From contig OY969938.1 in assembly GCA_963704755.1 (NCBI GenBank), forward strand, positions 4,320,001-4,352,000: a stretch of DNA of 32,000 nt, given 5' to 3'. The position numbers were made by a program, and so were the translations under genes. The stretch is from an uncultured Chloroflexia bacterium. Lineage in GTDB: Bacteria > Chloroflexota > Anaerolineae > Anaerolineales > Anaerolineaceae. A model generated the notes under the pieces. That model saw only the letters and a list, made by a program, of their open reading frames with translations, did no database searches and was not told the origin of the DNA. This document shows, piece by piece, positions 8,711 to 17,069 of the stretch. Position 1 is the stretch's first letter, and each line of letters opens with the position of its first letter.

Positions 8711-8854
8711 CCGTTTTTTGAATTTTCATGGGGTAATTTTACTATGAGCTGAGCAAGGGAAGGATACAAATACTCAGATGGATCCATTTTTCCCTCTTCT
8801 CTCTTCGAATTCCATGGGATAATTTCCCCATCACAACTTTAGGCGGTAAAACTT

Positions 8855-10240
8855 ATGCCGGATTTTGATCGTTATCAATCGCCGTTTTCCTGGCGATATG
8901 CTTCTTCCGAGATGCGCCAAATTTGGAGCGAGGATTATAAACGCCGGCTTTGGCGGCGGATTTGGGTGGCTCTGGCCGAGGTCCAGTCTGATTTTGGCCT
9001 GGTCAGCCCGGAGCAGTTGGTCGATTTGCGGGCCCACCAGGATCAGGTAGATATCGCCCGCTCGCTGGAGATCGAAGCCGAGATTCGCCACGATTTGATG
9101 GCCGAGCTGACCGCATTCAGCGAGCAGTGCCCGCTGGGCGGCGGGGTTCTGCACTTAGGCGCTACTTCGATGGATATCGAAGACAATGCCGACGCTTTAC
9201 GCATGCGCGATTCGCTGGCAATTTTGCACACCAGGCTGGCCAGGTTGTTGGGTGTGTTTGCCGATAGGATCGAGCAAAGCGCCGATATGACTGTACTGGG
9301 CTTTACCCATCTACAGCCGGCCGAACCGACCACGTTAGGCTATCGCCTGTCATTCTACGCCCAGGATCTGCTGGCCAGCCTGACCGGTCTGGAGCGTTTG
9401 CAGAATGAACTGCGCGGCAAAGGTTTCAAGGGGGCGGTCGGCACCGGCGCGGCCTACGCAGATTTGCTGGGTGCAGACCAGTTACAGGTCTTCGAAAACC
9501 GGCTCAGCCGGGCGCTGGACTTGCCTTTCTTCACAGTCACTTCGCAGGTCTATCCGCGCAGCCAGGATTTCCGTGTGGTCAGTGAGCTGGCCGGGATAGG
9601 CGCCTGCCTGCACAAATTTGCCTTCGATTTACGCGTGTTGCAGTCTCCGCCGATCGGTGAGTGGAGCGAGCCGTTTGCCAAGAAACAGGTTGGCTCGTCG
9701 GCGATGCCGTTCAAGCGCAACCCGATCAACGCAGAGAAGATCAATTCGCTGGCTCGCTCGTTGTCCGTCTTGCCCCAGGTGGCCTGGTCGAACAGTGCGG
9801 ACTCGCTGTTGGAGCGCACCCTGGACGATTCGGCTAACCGGCGCAGCTTTTTACCCGAGGCTTTCCTGATCTGCGATGAGCTGCTGCTGACGGCTACCCG
9901 GCTCCTGGAGGGCCTGGTGATCAACCCGGTGGCAATCCAGGCCAACCTGGACCGTTACGCGCCGTTCTCGGCTGTGGAGCGAGTGCTGATGGCCCTGGTC
10001 CGCAAAGGCGCCAGCCGGCAGGAAATGCACGAGGTATTGCGCGTCCATGCACAAGAGGCCTGGCAGGTGGTCCAGAGCGGCCGGCCCAATCCGCTGATCG
10101 CGGCTATTAAGACAGATGTACGTATCCTGGCCTGGCTGCCGGCCGAGTCGATCGAGGCCGTCCTGGATGTGAATCAATATACCGGCTTTGCAACCACAAA
10201 GGCGCTCGAAATTGCTCGTTTGATCCGCGCAAGGGTTTAA
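8855..10240 (+). CDS. purB: Adenylosuccinate lyase
   Basis: N-terminal YQSPFSWRYASSEM, HLGATSMDIEDN, and the fumarate-lyase signature GSSAMPFKRNP. Confidence 0.92.
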   Translation: MPDFDRYQSPFSWRYASSEMRQIWSEDYKRRLWRRIWVALAEVQSDFGLVSPEQLVDLRAHQDQVDIARSLEIEAEIRHDLMAELTAFSEQCPLGGGVLHLGATSMDIEDNADALRMRDSLAILHTRLARLLGVFADRIEQSADMTVLGFTHLQPAEPTTLGYRLSFYAQDLLASLTGLERLQNELRGKGFKGAVGTGAAYADLLGADQLQVFENRLSRALDLPFFTVTSQVYPRSQDFRVVSELAGIGACLHKFAFDLRVLQSPPIGEWSEPFAKKQVGSSAMPFKRNPINAEKINSLARSLSVLPQVAWSNSADSLLERTLDDSANRRSFLPEAFLICDELLLTATRLLEGLVINPVAIQANLDRYAPFSAVERVLMALVRKGASRQEMHEVLRVHAQEAWQVVQSGRPNPLIAAIKTDVRILAWLPAESIEAVLDVNQYTGFATTKALEIARLIRARV

Positions 10241-10246
10241 ATCAAG

Positions 10247-10442
10247 AAATTGCCACAGATAGACACGGATGGACACAGATAAAGATTTTTGGTTTTCAGA
10301 AATTTAATGGTTGTACACTGCTGGAAAAATCAAGTTCTCACAAACTAATTTTCAAAGCGAAAGAAACGGCTTGGCCGTTTCTTTCGCTTTGAGTGTTATT
10401 AAAAGATATCTGTGTCCATCCGTGCCCATCTGTGGCCAATTT
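10247..10442. mobile_element. MITE-like element: about 35 bp imperfect terminal inverted repeats enclosing an internal terminator hairpin
   Basis: Left end is aaattgccacagatagacacggatggacacagata (10247-10281). The reverse complement of the right end (10407-10442) is aaattggccacagatgggcacggatggacacagata, so the two ends differ by about 3 mismatches and 1 indel. No ORF with coding character lies inside. Confidence 0.4.
10352..10392 (+). terminator. 19 bp hairpin, likely the purB terminator, embedded in the MITE-like element
   Basis: tcaaagcgaaagaaacggc ttg gccgtttctttcgctttga. Confidence 0.6.
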
Positions 10443-10597
10443 GCAATGCTGAAAAAGGGTAAAATAGACCCGGTCTAGTTTTGATTCCGAGGATGTTCCG
10501 GGTGGTTCTCCATTTGGGGACAGGGTGGAACGGTCCTCTGGGCACAATATAATATAAATTTACCGGCTCAACCGGGAATAAAAGGAGCGAGTTAATA

Positions 10598-12007
10598 ATG
10601 GCACTGGCAGAATTTGGGGTTTATGGCCTGGGTGTAATGGGATTTAACCTGGCGAGAAACGTCCAGCGCAATGGTTTTCAACTGGTGGTTTTCAACCGTA
10701 CCCTTGAAAAGGTACATAACTTTGTGGATGGGGATGCTCCCGGTCCCAAGCCGATGGGTGCGTATTCTTTGGGTGAGTTCGTGTCCAGCCTGGAGCGGCC
10801 GCGCAAGATTTTGCTGATGATCCCGGCCGGCCCGGCAGTGGACAAGGCCATCGCCGACCTGAAACCTTTGCTCGAACCGGGTGATATCCTGATCGACGGC
10901 GGCAATTCCTTCTTCCAGGATACCGAACGGCGCAGCGAAGAGCTGACCGGGTCCGGATTCGCATACATGGGCATGGGTGTTTCTGGTGGTGAGGAAGGCG
11001 CTTTGTGGGGCCCGAGCATGATGCCGGGCGGCTCGGTCGAGGCCTGGACGGCGATGAAACCGATCCTGACAGCTATAGCGGCCAAAGCCAGGGATGGCGA
11101 ACCCTGTGTGAGCCACATCGGACCGCGCGGCGCCGGGCATTATGTCAAGATGGTGCACAACGGTATCGAGTACGGCGATATGCAGTTGATCGCCGAAGCC
11201 TATGATTTACTTCACCGCGGGCTGGGTATCGGTATCCCCCACCTGAGGGATATCTTTGCGGGCTGGAACGAAGGCGTTTTGAAATCTTACCTGATCGAGA
11301 TCACCTCCAAGGTACTGGGCAAGATCGATGAAGAGACTGGCCAGCCGCTGGTAGACCTGATTCTCGATGAAGCCGCCCAAAAAGGAACCGGCAAATGGAC
11401 CAGCCAGAACGCGCTCGATATTGCCGCCCCGATTCCCACGATCGACGCGGCGGTGATCAGCCGGGTCATCTCCGGGTTGAAAGAAGAGCGCGTAGCCGCC
11501 TCGAAGGTGCTGGTGGGAAATACCGGCCGGTTCGCCGGCAGTCTGGACTTGATGATTACCTCGGTGCGCGATGCGCTCTACGCCAGCAAGATCCTTTCCT
11601 ATGCCCAGGGGATGGCCATGCTGCGCAAGGCATCGGCTGAATTTAGCTACGACCTCAACCTGGGCGAGATCGCCAAAATCTGGCGAGCCGGCTGCATTAT
11701 CCGCGCCGACCTGCTGGACGAGATCACCGCGGCGTATAATCGCCATAGCGACCTGGCCAACCTGCTGCTGGACGACGTCTTCCGTGAAGCCGTTCAAAGC
11801 CGCCAGCGGGCCATGCGCAGCGTGGTCAGTACCGGAGTCGATCTGGGTATCCCGATGCTGGCGACGGCATCTTCCCTGGCCTATTTCGACGCTTACCGCA
11901 GCGAACGGCTGCCGGCGAACCTGATCCAGGCCCAGCGGGATTTCTTTGGCGCGCATACTTACCGGCGGGTGGATAAAGAAGGGGTGTTTCACACCCAATG
12001 GGAATAA
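10598..12007 (+). CDS. gnd: 6-phosphogluconate dehydrogenase (decarboxylating)
   Basis: GVYGLGVMGFNLARN dinucleotide fold, GGNSFFQDT, GMGVSGGEEGA, HYVKMVHNGIEYGDMQLI, FFGAHTY. AAGGAG RBS upstream. Confidence 0.92.
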   Translation: MALAEFGVYGLGVMGFNLARNVQRNGFQLVVFNRTLEKVHNFVDGDAPGPKPMGAYSLGEFVSSLERPRKILLMIPAGPAVDKAIADLKPLLEPGDILIDGGNSFFQDTERRSEELTGSGFAYMGMGVSGGEEGALWGPSMMPGGSVEAWTAMKPILTAIAAKARDGEPCVSHIGPRGAGHYVKMVHNGIEYGDMQLIAEAYDLLHRGLGIGIPHLRDIFAGWNEGVLKSYLIEITSKVLGKIDEETGQPLVDLILDEAAQKGTGKWTSQNALDIAAPIPTIDAAVISRVISGLKEERVAASKVLVGNTGRFAGSLDLMITSVRDALYASKILSYAQGMAMLRKASAEFSYDLNLGEIAKIWRAGCIIRADLLDEITAAYNRHSDLANLLLDDVFREAVQSRQRAMRSVVSTGVDLGIPMLATASSLAYFDAYRSERLPANLIQAQRDFFGAHTYRRVDKEGVFHTQWE

Positions 12008-12076
12008 AACCGGTTAGGGTATGCTGCGCTGACGGTCCGGTTTAGCACCCTAAAAAACAGATACTGTAAATTCCAA

Positions 12077-12643
12077 TCAAATCACAGCCAGGAAATCGAC
12101 AATTTCCTGGCTGTATTTATTTTCGATGTCGTCCAGGCCCGGAGGCAGGCGGCCGGAAAGCTCCAGGCTGACCCAACCGTGTAGATGAGCCCAGGTGGTC
12201 CAAAATGTGTCGGCGCGTTGTGGATCCGACAAATCCATTTCGCCCAAAACTATGAGGAGTGGTTTGAGTAAATTTTCCGGGTTCCCGGCTTGTAATAAAG
12301 TGGATCTGCCGAAAAGAAGGCAGTATTCGCCGCTGTGGGTGATCGCCCAACGGCGGTAGGCCAACAGGAGAACCTTCAGACGCTCCGGTGGATTATCCCC
12401 ATGGTGTTCCTGGCGCAAGACCTCCAGATATTCACACAAAGAGGTTTGCGCTGCGCTGGCCAGGGCCTCGACCAGGTCATCCCGGCTGCCGAAATAGCGA
12501 TACATCGCCGGCCCGCTCGTCCCCATCTGATGGGCGATAGCGTTCATCGATAAACCCTCGATCCCGTTTTCGCTGATCTGCCGACGGGCGATACTCATGA
12601 TCTCGTCAAGTGTGATCTGGTGGAGTTTTTCTCTACGCGACAT
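12077..12643 (-). CDS. TetR/AcrR family transcriptional regulator
   Basis: N-terminal HTH block GIEGLSMNAIAHQMGTSGPAMYRYFGSRDDL. Length is 188 aa. Confidence 0.85.
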   Translation of the reverse strand: MSRREKLHQITLDEIMSIARRQISENGIEGLSMNAIAHQMGTSGPAMYRYFGSRDDLVEALASAAQTSLCEYLEVLRQEHHGDNPPERLKVLLLAYRRWAITHSGEYCLLFGRSTLLQAGNPENLLKPLLIVLGEMDLSDPQRADTFWTTWAHLHGWVSLELSGRLPPGLDDIENKYSQEIVDFLAVI

Positions 12644-12873
12644 AACGATTTTTATTATATACTCGAGTCAAGAAGCCTGGATTTTGGCTGTTTGGGCTTA
12701 AATAAAACTCTTGCCAGGCCTTATTGGTTAAAACTTTGAATTTGAGGGGGCTGAGCGCCTCTTTTTAAATTCCTGTGCCAAAATTGTGAGTTTTAAGATA
12801 AAATGGTTCCGTTTAATCAATGAACCAGCCTGTTAGCGGAAGTATCGATCTTATCTGGTTTGGTTAAGGATTT

Positions 12874-12948
12874 ATCCGAAAAATTTAGTCCAGGGAATTG
12901 TTATTGGGGTGGATTTGATTCCAATAACACATAAAGATTTTCGGATAG
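12874..12948. repeat. Compound imperfect hairpin in the TetR/GGDEF divergent intergenic region
   Basis: Outer arms tatccgaaaa (12874-12883) and ttttcggata (12939-12948). Inner arms tgttattgg (12900-12908) and ccaataaca (12922-12930). It shares the TTCGGA/TCCGAA motif with the other palindromic elements. Confidence 0.4.
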
Positions 12949-13092
12949 GTTCCATGCGTACATTTTCGCTGGTGGGGATCGCGTATTCGATTGGCCAATA
13001 CTTTTCGACTATTGACATCGCGGTAGACTTTTCGGGGTAAATCAGGCCCCGACTCTGTTCTAACGAAATCATACCAGAAAACGAGCCAAAAC

Positions 13093-14604
13093 ATGATCTC
13101 TGAAAACTATCATCCATCCCATTTAAACACCACAATTTCAGAAGATTTTGCATCAGCCTTTAGCAATGCTATGGTCAACTTGCGTGAGAAAATCAGCCAG
13201 GGCCTTCAGGCACAGGATGTGCTGGAACAATTAATGGGGCTGCTTAAGGCAGATGCAGGGGCATTGATCCTTTGGTCCGTCAATTCGGCACTGGACAATT
13301 CGAAAGTGATCTGCCTGGGTGATCCGATCCTTTCGATTGAAACCATACTCGATGTCGAGAGATCAGGCCTGGACGAGGTCATAGGCAAAGGGGGGTTCCA
13401 GTTAATCCACCAGGGCTCGAAATGGGCCCAAAAGATCACTCCTTTTATGGACGACAACCAGTTTTCACAGGTTGTATTTTTTCCATACGAAGCCGGAAAA
13501 GGTATTTCCGGCCATCTGCTATTGGCCACACGGATGGACAAGCTAGATTGGAGAAATGCGACCCTGGTAGCGACTCAAGAATTGATCCGCTTCCTGGATG
13601 AAATGAACCGGTTGAAAGAAACCGGTTTCGAGGCGCAACGACGGTTATTGGAACTGGAGAAGTTTATCAACAGCAGCCTGGAATTGACCAGTAACTTGAA
13701 CCTGTCCGAGGTTTTGAACGCGATCTTGAAGAACGCCTTGCAGATTCTGCCGCAGTCCAATGATGCGCATATTTTCTTGTACGATGGCCAGCGATTGACT
13801 TTCGGGACGGCGCTGTATGCCAACGGTTCGGTGGGCAAAATTTGGGCCATCCCGCGGGAAAACGGGTTGACCTACACAGTGGCCCGTACGGCCAAAATGA
13901 TATTCGTGGCGGATATGCGGACCCATCCACTGTACACCAACATACCCAATTCCTGGGACGGCTCGATCGTCGGTATCCCGCTGTGCTATAAAGACCACGT
14001 AGTAGGCGTGATGACGGTTGCTTCACTGGAGAAACATCAATTCGCCCAGGATGATCTCCACACGCTTTCGTTATTAGCCGACCAGGCAGCCATAGCCATC
14101 CAAAATGCCCACTTGCACGAATTGATCAAAAGCCAGGCGTTGACCGACCCTTTGACTGCACTTAACAACCGGCGCTCGTTCGAGCTGGAGATCGCCCGCC
14201 AGATGGAGATTTCTGAGCGATACAACATCCACCTGGCGCTGATGATGCTCGATTTGGACCACTTCAAAACGGTCAACGATACTTACGGCCACCCCAGCGG
14301 AGACGAGGCTTTACGCCAGATTTCCCAATGCCTGCGCAGCAATATCCGCAAGGGGGATTTCCTGGCCCGGATCGGTGGGGATGAATTTGCCATTTTATTG
14401 CCAAACACCGGCTATGAAGCTGCCGACCGGGTGGGCAAACAAATTCGCGAATGCGTGGGGCACAACGATATTTTGCTGCCCCAGGGCGATATTTTTCACA
14501 TTACCGTTTCCTACGGATTTGCAGTTTTCCCGGATAACGCCTTAACGATCGAGGATTTGATCGAAAAAGCGGACCGGTCTTTGTATCATTTCAAAGGGAA
14601 TTAA
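13093..14604 (+). CDS. GAF-domain diguanylate cyclase (GGDEF)
   Basis: C-terminal DHFKTVNDTYGHPSGDEAL ... RKGDFLARIGGDEFAILL has an intact GGDEF motif with RxxD 5 residues upstream (I-site). The roughly 330 aa N-terminus looks GAF-like. The start codon is uncertain. Confidence 0.85.
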   Translation: MISENYHPSHLNTTISEDFASAFSNAMVNLREKISQGLQAQDVLEQLMGLLKADAGALILWSVNSALDNSKVICLGDPILSIETILDVERSGLDEVIGKGGFQLIHQGSKWAQKITPFMDDNQFSQVVFFPYEAGKGISGHLLLATRMDKLDWRNATLVATQELIRFLDEMNRLKETGFEAQRRLLELEKFINSSLELTSNLNLSEVLNAILKNALQILPQSNDAHIFLYDGQRLTFGTALYANGSVGKIWAIPRENGLTYTVARTAKMIFVADMRTHPLYTNIPNSWDGSIVGIPLCYKDHVVGVMTVASLEKHQFAQDDLHTLSLLADQAAIAIQNAHLHELIKSQALTDPLTALNNRRSFELEIARQMEISERYNIHLALMMLDLDHFKTVNDTYGHPSGDEALRQISQCLRSNIRKGDFLARIGGDEFAILLPNTGYEAADRVGKQIRECVGHNDILLPQGDIFHITVSYGFAVFPDNALTIEDLIEKADRSLYHFKGN

Positions 14605-14823
14605 ATAAGTAGGTAGGTGAGTGCCGATCTACCAAGAAGAACGGCTTTTTAAAACCGGGTCCTCCCCTGGCTGGCCTTCCCTCGGGTTTGGAAACCCGAG
14701 CTGCTCTACCCAAGCGCAGTAGCCGAGCAGGTGCTCGCTTTCCATGACATTTTCCCGCCATTGGCAACCCTAATTCCAATCTACTCTATAGGAAGAAAAC
14801 GGCGTTAAATTAATCTCGCCGGT

Positions 14824-15264
14824 CTAGCCCCGCTCTGCCCGCTTTTGGATGACGATCCCGCCGTTGCCGCCACGCTCAGAGGTGTTGGTATGGATCCGAT
14901 CCGAGGAGACCTCTTCAACCTGGGGGGTCAACACTGGCAGCAGAATGATCTGTCCGATCGGATCACCGGGGGCAAAGGTGAGCGGGTAGTCACTGGGGTT
15001 GCTCACTTTGACCAGGATCTCACCCTGGTAGCCGGCGTCCACCACACCGGCCCCCATCAGGTGATTGCTGCGGCCCTTGGGTTTGATCAACCCGACCAGG
15101 CCGGCCGGGATTTCCATGGTAATGCCGGTGGGCACGATGGCGAACCCATGCGGGGCAACAAGGGTGGTTTCGACGGCGTATAGATCCAGTCCGGCATCCT
15201 GGGGATGTTTGCGGCTGGGTAGAATGGCATCCGGTCTCAGGCGGGCGATGCGAATTGTTTCCAT
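14824..15264 (-). CDS. dut: dUTP diphosphatase
   Basis: dUTPase motifs AGLDLYA, GRSNHLMGAGVVDAGYQGEI and C-terminal ERGGNGG. Length is 146 aa. Confidence 0.85.
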   Translation of the reverse strand: METIRIARLRPDAILPSRKHPQDAGLDLYAVETTLVAPHGFAIVPTGITMEIPAGLVGLIKPKGRSNHLMGAGVVDAGYQGEILVKVSNPSDYPLTFAPGDPIGQIILLPVLTPQVEEVSSDRIHTNTSERGGNGGIVIQKRAERG

Positions 15265-15279
15265 CCGCCTTAACCAATT

Positions 15280-15714
15280 TTAGGCAGTTTGGTGAATTTT
15301 CTGGCCCGGGCCATGCCCAACCAACTTGCGGTGATGAAACCCAGGGTGCTCAGGATGGTGATCAGAAATCTTGGATGTGTCCAGCACCGGCTTGACTTCC
15401 ACGCCGTTCTTGTCGGCCACGATGACCGCCACCGGGCGGCTGAGAATCCTGGCGCCGCCGGCGCCGCCTACTCCCTGGCCGGTATTGGTCGGCCCGGATC
15501 CTGTGCCGATGAAGTAGCCGGCGTAGTTGATGGTTTCGGCCGAGGGGATGATCACCTGGTCGAATTCGGTACGGATGGCTTCGCCGTAAGCGCCGTTAAC
15601 GCTGGCGTTGTTGAGGATGCCCTCCATCGTGTCGTAGCAGAAATCGATACCCCGGCTGGTATAATCCTGGCTCTTTTCTTCCTCGGGAACAGTTGTCTCA
15701 GGTTGTGCGCTCAT
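15280..15714 (-). CDS. GerW/YtfJ-family protein; C-terminus probably frameshifted
   Basis: Gly-rich core GQGVGGAGGARILSRPVAVIVADKNGVEVKPVLD is typical of GerW/YtfJ. After ...TSKI the +1 frame reads LITILSTLGFITASWLGMARARKFTKLPKIG and stops just before the dut RBS. The listed tail is His/Pro-rich. Candidate shift site is the AAA run at 15366-15368. GGAGGTG RBS upstream. Confidence 0.65.
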   Translation of the reverse strand: MSAQPETTVPEEEKSQDYTSRGIDFCYDTMEGILNNASVNGAYGEAIRTEFDQVIIPSAETINYAGYFIGTGSGPTNTGQGVGGAGGARILSRPVAVIVADKNGVEVKPVLDTSKISDHHPEHPGFHHRKLVGHGPGQKIHQTA

Positions 15715-15744
15715 ATGTCACCTCCATTTGAATTTGGGACTGTG

Positions 15745-15875
15745 CAAAAAAGGTTTGTAACCACTCAGGCTCTTGTGAAGAAGTTCCCGAATTGAGATGT
15801 GTGCGGGGACTTCGCCCTCTCACACATCTCAATTCGGGGTTCTTCCCTGTTGGGCTGAACAGTTACAAAGGTTTT
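15745..15875. repeat. Copy B of the intergenic repeat: roughly 130 nt imperfect palindrome with an 18 bp perfect core stem
   Basis: Core cccgaattgagatgtgtg (15786-15803) pairs with cacacatctcaattcggg (15821-15838) around cggggacttcgccctct. The right tail ggttcttccctgttgggctgaacagttacaaag matches copy A. The left flank aaaggtttgtaaccactcaggc is its imperfect complement. Confidence 0.5.
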
Positions 15876-15937
15876 GAGATTTTGGATAATGGATTCGTTC
15901 GAATTTCTCAGAAGTAGGTTTACTTTTAACGACCTTC

Positions 15938-16240
15938 TCAGCAAAGCACACCCTTGGATGGATTTTTCGGCGCAGTAAAGGCACGCAGCGCCACTGCGAT
16001 CAGAAATCCGGCCGCCAGGATCAATAGTTGGATCAAGCGGGTGCGGTCAGGAATTTTGATTCTCACCAGAGCGCCGTCTGGATGGGTGACTTCGATGTAA
16101 GCCGGGCGGGACCACCACAGGCGAATCGGTAAACCGGGATGGATAGCGATGCCCCGGGTTACCGGGGTGATCCAGGTATTCCCGTCCAGCGCGTACGGTT
16201 TAGCACGCACGGAAAAAGCCCGGATTGGCTTACGCTTCAT
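15938..16240 (-). CDS. Hypothetical small protein with a C-terminal TM helix
   Basis: AGGAGG lies 6 nt upstream of the ATG. Hydrophobic segment LIQLLILAAGFLIAVAL. No recognisable family. Confidence 0.55.
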   Translation of the reverse strand: MKRKPIRAFSVRAKPYALDGNTWITPVTRGIAIHPGLPIRLWWSRPAYIEVTHPDGALVRIKIPDRTRLIQLLILAAGFLIAVALRAFTAPKNPSKGVLC

Positions 16241-16293
16241 GGCAGCCTCCTGTTTTGGGTTGGGTCGAAAGGGTTCGGCTGAACTTGTGAGGA

Positions 16294-16809
16294 TTATTCG
16301 CCTGCCGAATGGAAGATCTTTTCACCGGCCGCGATCGGTACTTTCAGGCGGTTCTCGGGTGGGGTCAACGGGCACGACCAGCCGTCGTTATAGGCGCAGT
16401 AGGGGTTATAGGCCAGGTTGAAATCGATCAGAAAGCGTCCCCCGCCGATGGGCCCGGGCTCGAGATAACGGCCGGCCGGGTACGTCTCCGACCCGGCCAG
16501 TAAATCAACGAACGGCAGGAAATAGCCGCTGTCATTCATGTAAATGGTCAGCTCGGCCGGGACCTCCGCGACGCTGAATTGGACCTTGCCCAGGCGAACA
16601 AAATCGCGCAAGTCACCGGTTGTGGTCTGCATCTGGATCGTTTCGGGGTTCTGGAAGGGCTCCAGCGGGACTTCCAGGCGTAAATCCGGGTTGGGAGGGA
16701 AATATTGCAGGCTGGTGAAGACTTTTTTCTGAGCAGCGTTCAAGGGCGAATAATGTTCGTGCTTGAAAAATTCATCTTTCTCTTGGCGCATTTGTTCGTA
16801 ATCATCCAT
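16294..16809 (-). CDS. DUF1684 domain protein
   Basis: C-terminal block FNLAYNPYCAYNDGWSCPLTPPENRL is characteristic of DUF1684. AAGGAG RBS upstream. Confidence 0.8.
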   Translation of the reverse strand: MDDYEQMRQEKDEFFKHEHYSPLNAAQKKVFTSLQYFPPNPDLRLEVPLEPFQNPETIQMQTTTGDLRDFVRLGKVQFSVAEVPAELTIYMNDSGYFLPFVDLLAGSETYPAGRYLEPGPIGGGRFLIDFNLAYNPYCAYNDGWSCPLTPPENRLKVPIAAGEKIFHSAGE

Positions 16810-17019
16810 AGGAAAATCTCCTTGGTTTGGGTTCGTATTGAGTAATTGCTCGGGTTTTGATAAAAAGTACCCTTCTGGTTGGGCAATGACTTCTACGACT
16901 TCAATGATACCTAAAGGACGAAGATTCGGCTATAGCCTGCGAGGGGTACTTTTTTAGGGCGCTCGTCAAACTGCCCGACCTTTGAATATCAATCGTGGTA
17001 AGTTGCTTGTAATACTACC

Positions 17020-17048
17020 TTGACAGACATAGTAATATGCTATATAAT
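17020..17048 (+). promoter_or_regulatory. Consensus sigma70 promoter of the padR operon
   Basis: TTGACA (17020-17025), a 17 nt spacer, then TATAAT (17043-17048). Confidence 0.6.
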
Positions 17049-17069
17049 GCAACGTATGGAGATGAACCT

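Noticed and set aside
4843-8800. Integrated mobile island or prophage remnant at tRNA-Pro.
   Set aside because: No integrase, excisionase or phage genes are present, and I found no direct repeat of the tRNA 3' end downstream by eye. Only the compositional shift supports foreign origin, so it is reported as a compositional observation only.
8728-8824. Direct repeat CATGGG(G/A)TAATTT (8728 and 8812) in the rfbD/purB divergent region as a regulator binding site.
   Set aside because: There are only two 13 nt copies with one mismatch. Each overlaps a plausible -10-like sequence (TAATTT/GATAAT), so they may simply be the two divergent promoters. This is too weak to call.
10338-10547. A 69 aa minus-strand ORF spanning the MITE-like element.
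   Set aside because: It overlaps the inverted repeats and the terminator hairpin, has no RBS, and shows no coding-like composition.
12007-12053. Possible H-type pseudoknot after gnd (aaaccgg/ccggttt interleaved with ttagggt/accctaa).
   Set aside because: Both helices are only 7 bp, and aaccggtt is itself a palindrome repeated directly. The pattern is equally explained by two copies of a short palindrome, and nothing else supports a functional pseudoknot.
14640-14740. Signal recognition particle (4.5S) RNA or 6S RNA. This was suggested by a GGAA tetraloop hairpin and nearby AGCAG/GGAAGG strings.
   Set aside because: The helix below the tetraloop is a perfect 9 bp stem without the conserved symmetric and asymmetric loops of SRP domain IV. 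The order of the AGCAGC and GGAAGG strings relative to the loop does not match on either strand. There is no terminal 5'/3' pairing for 6S.
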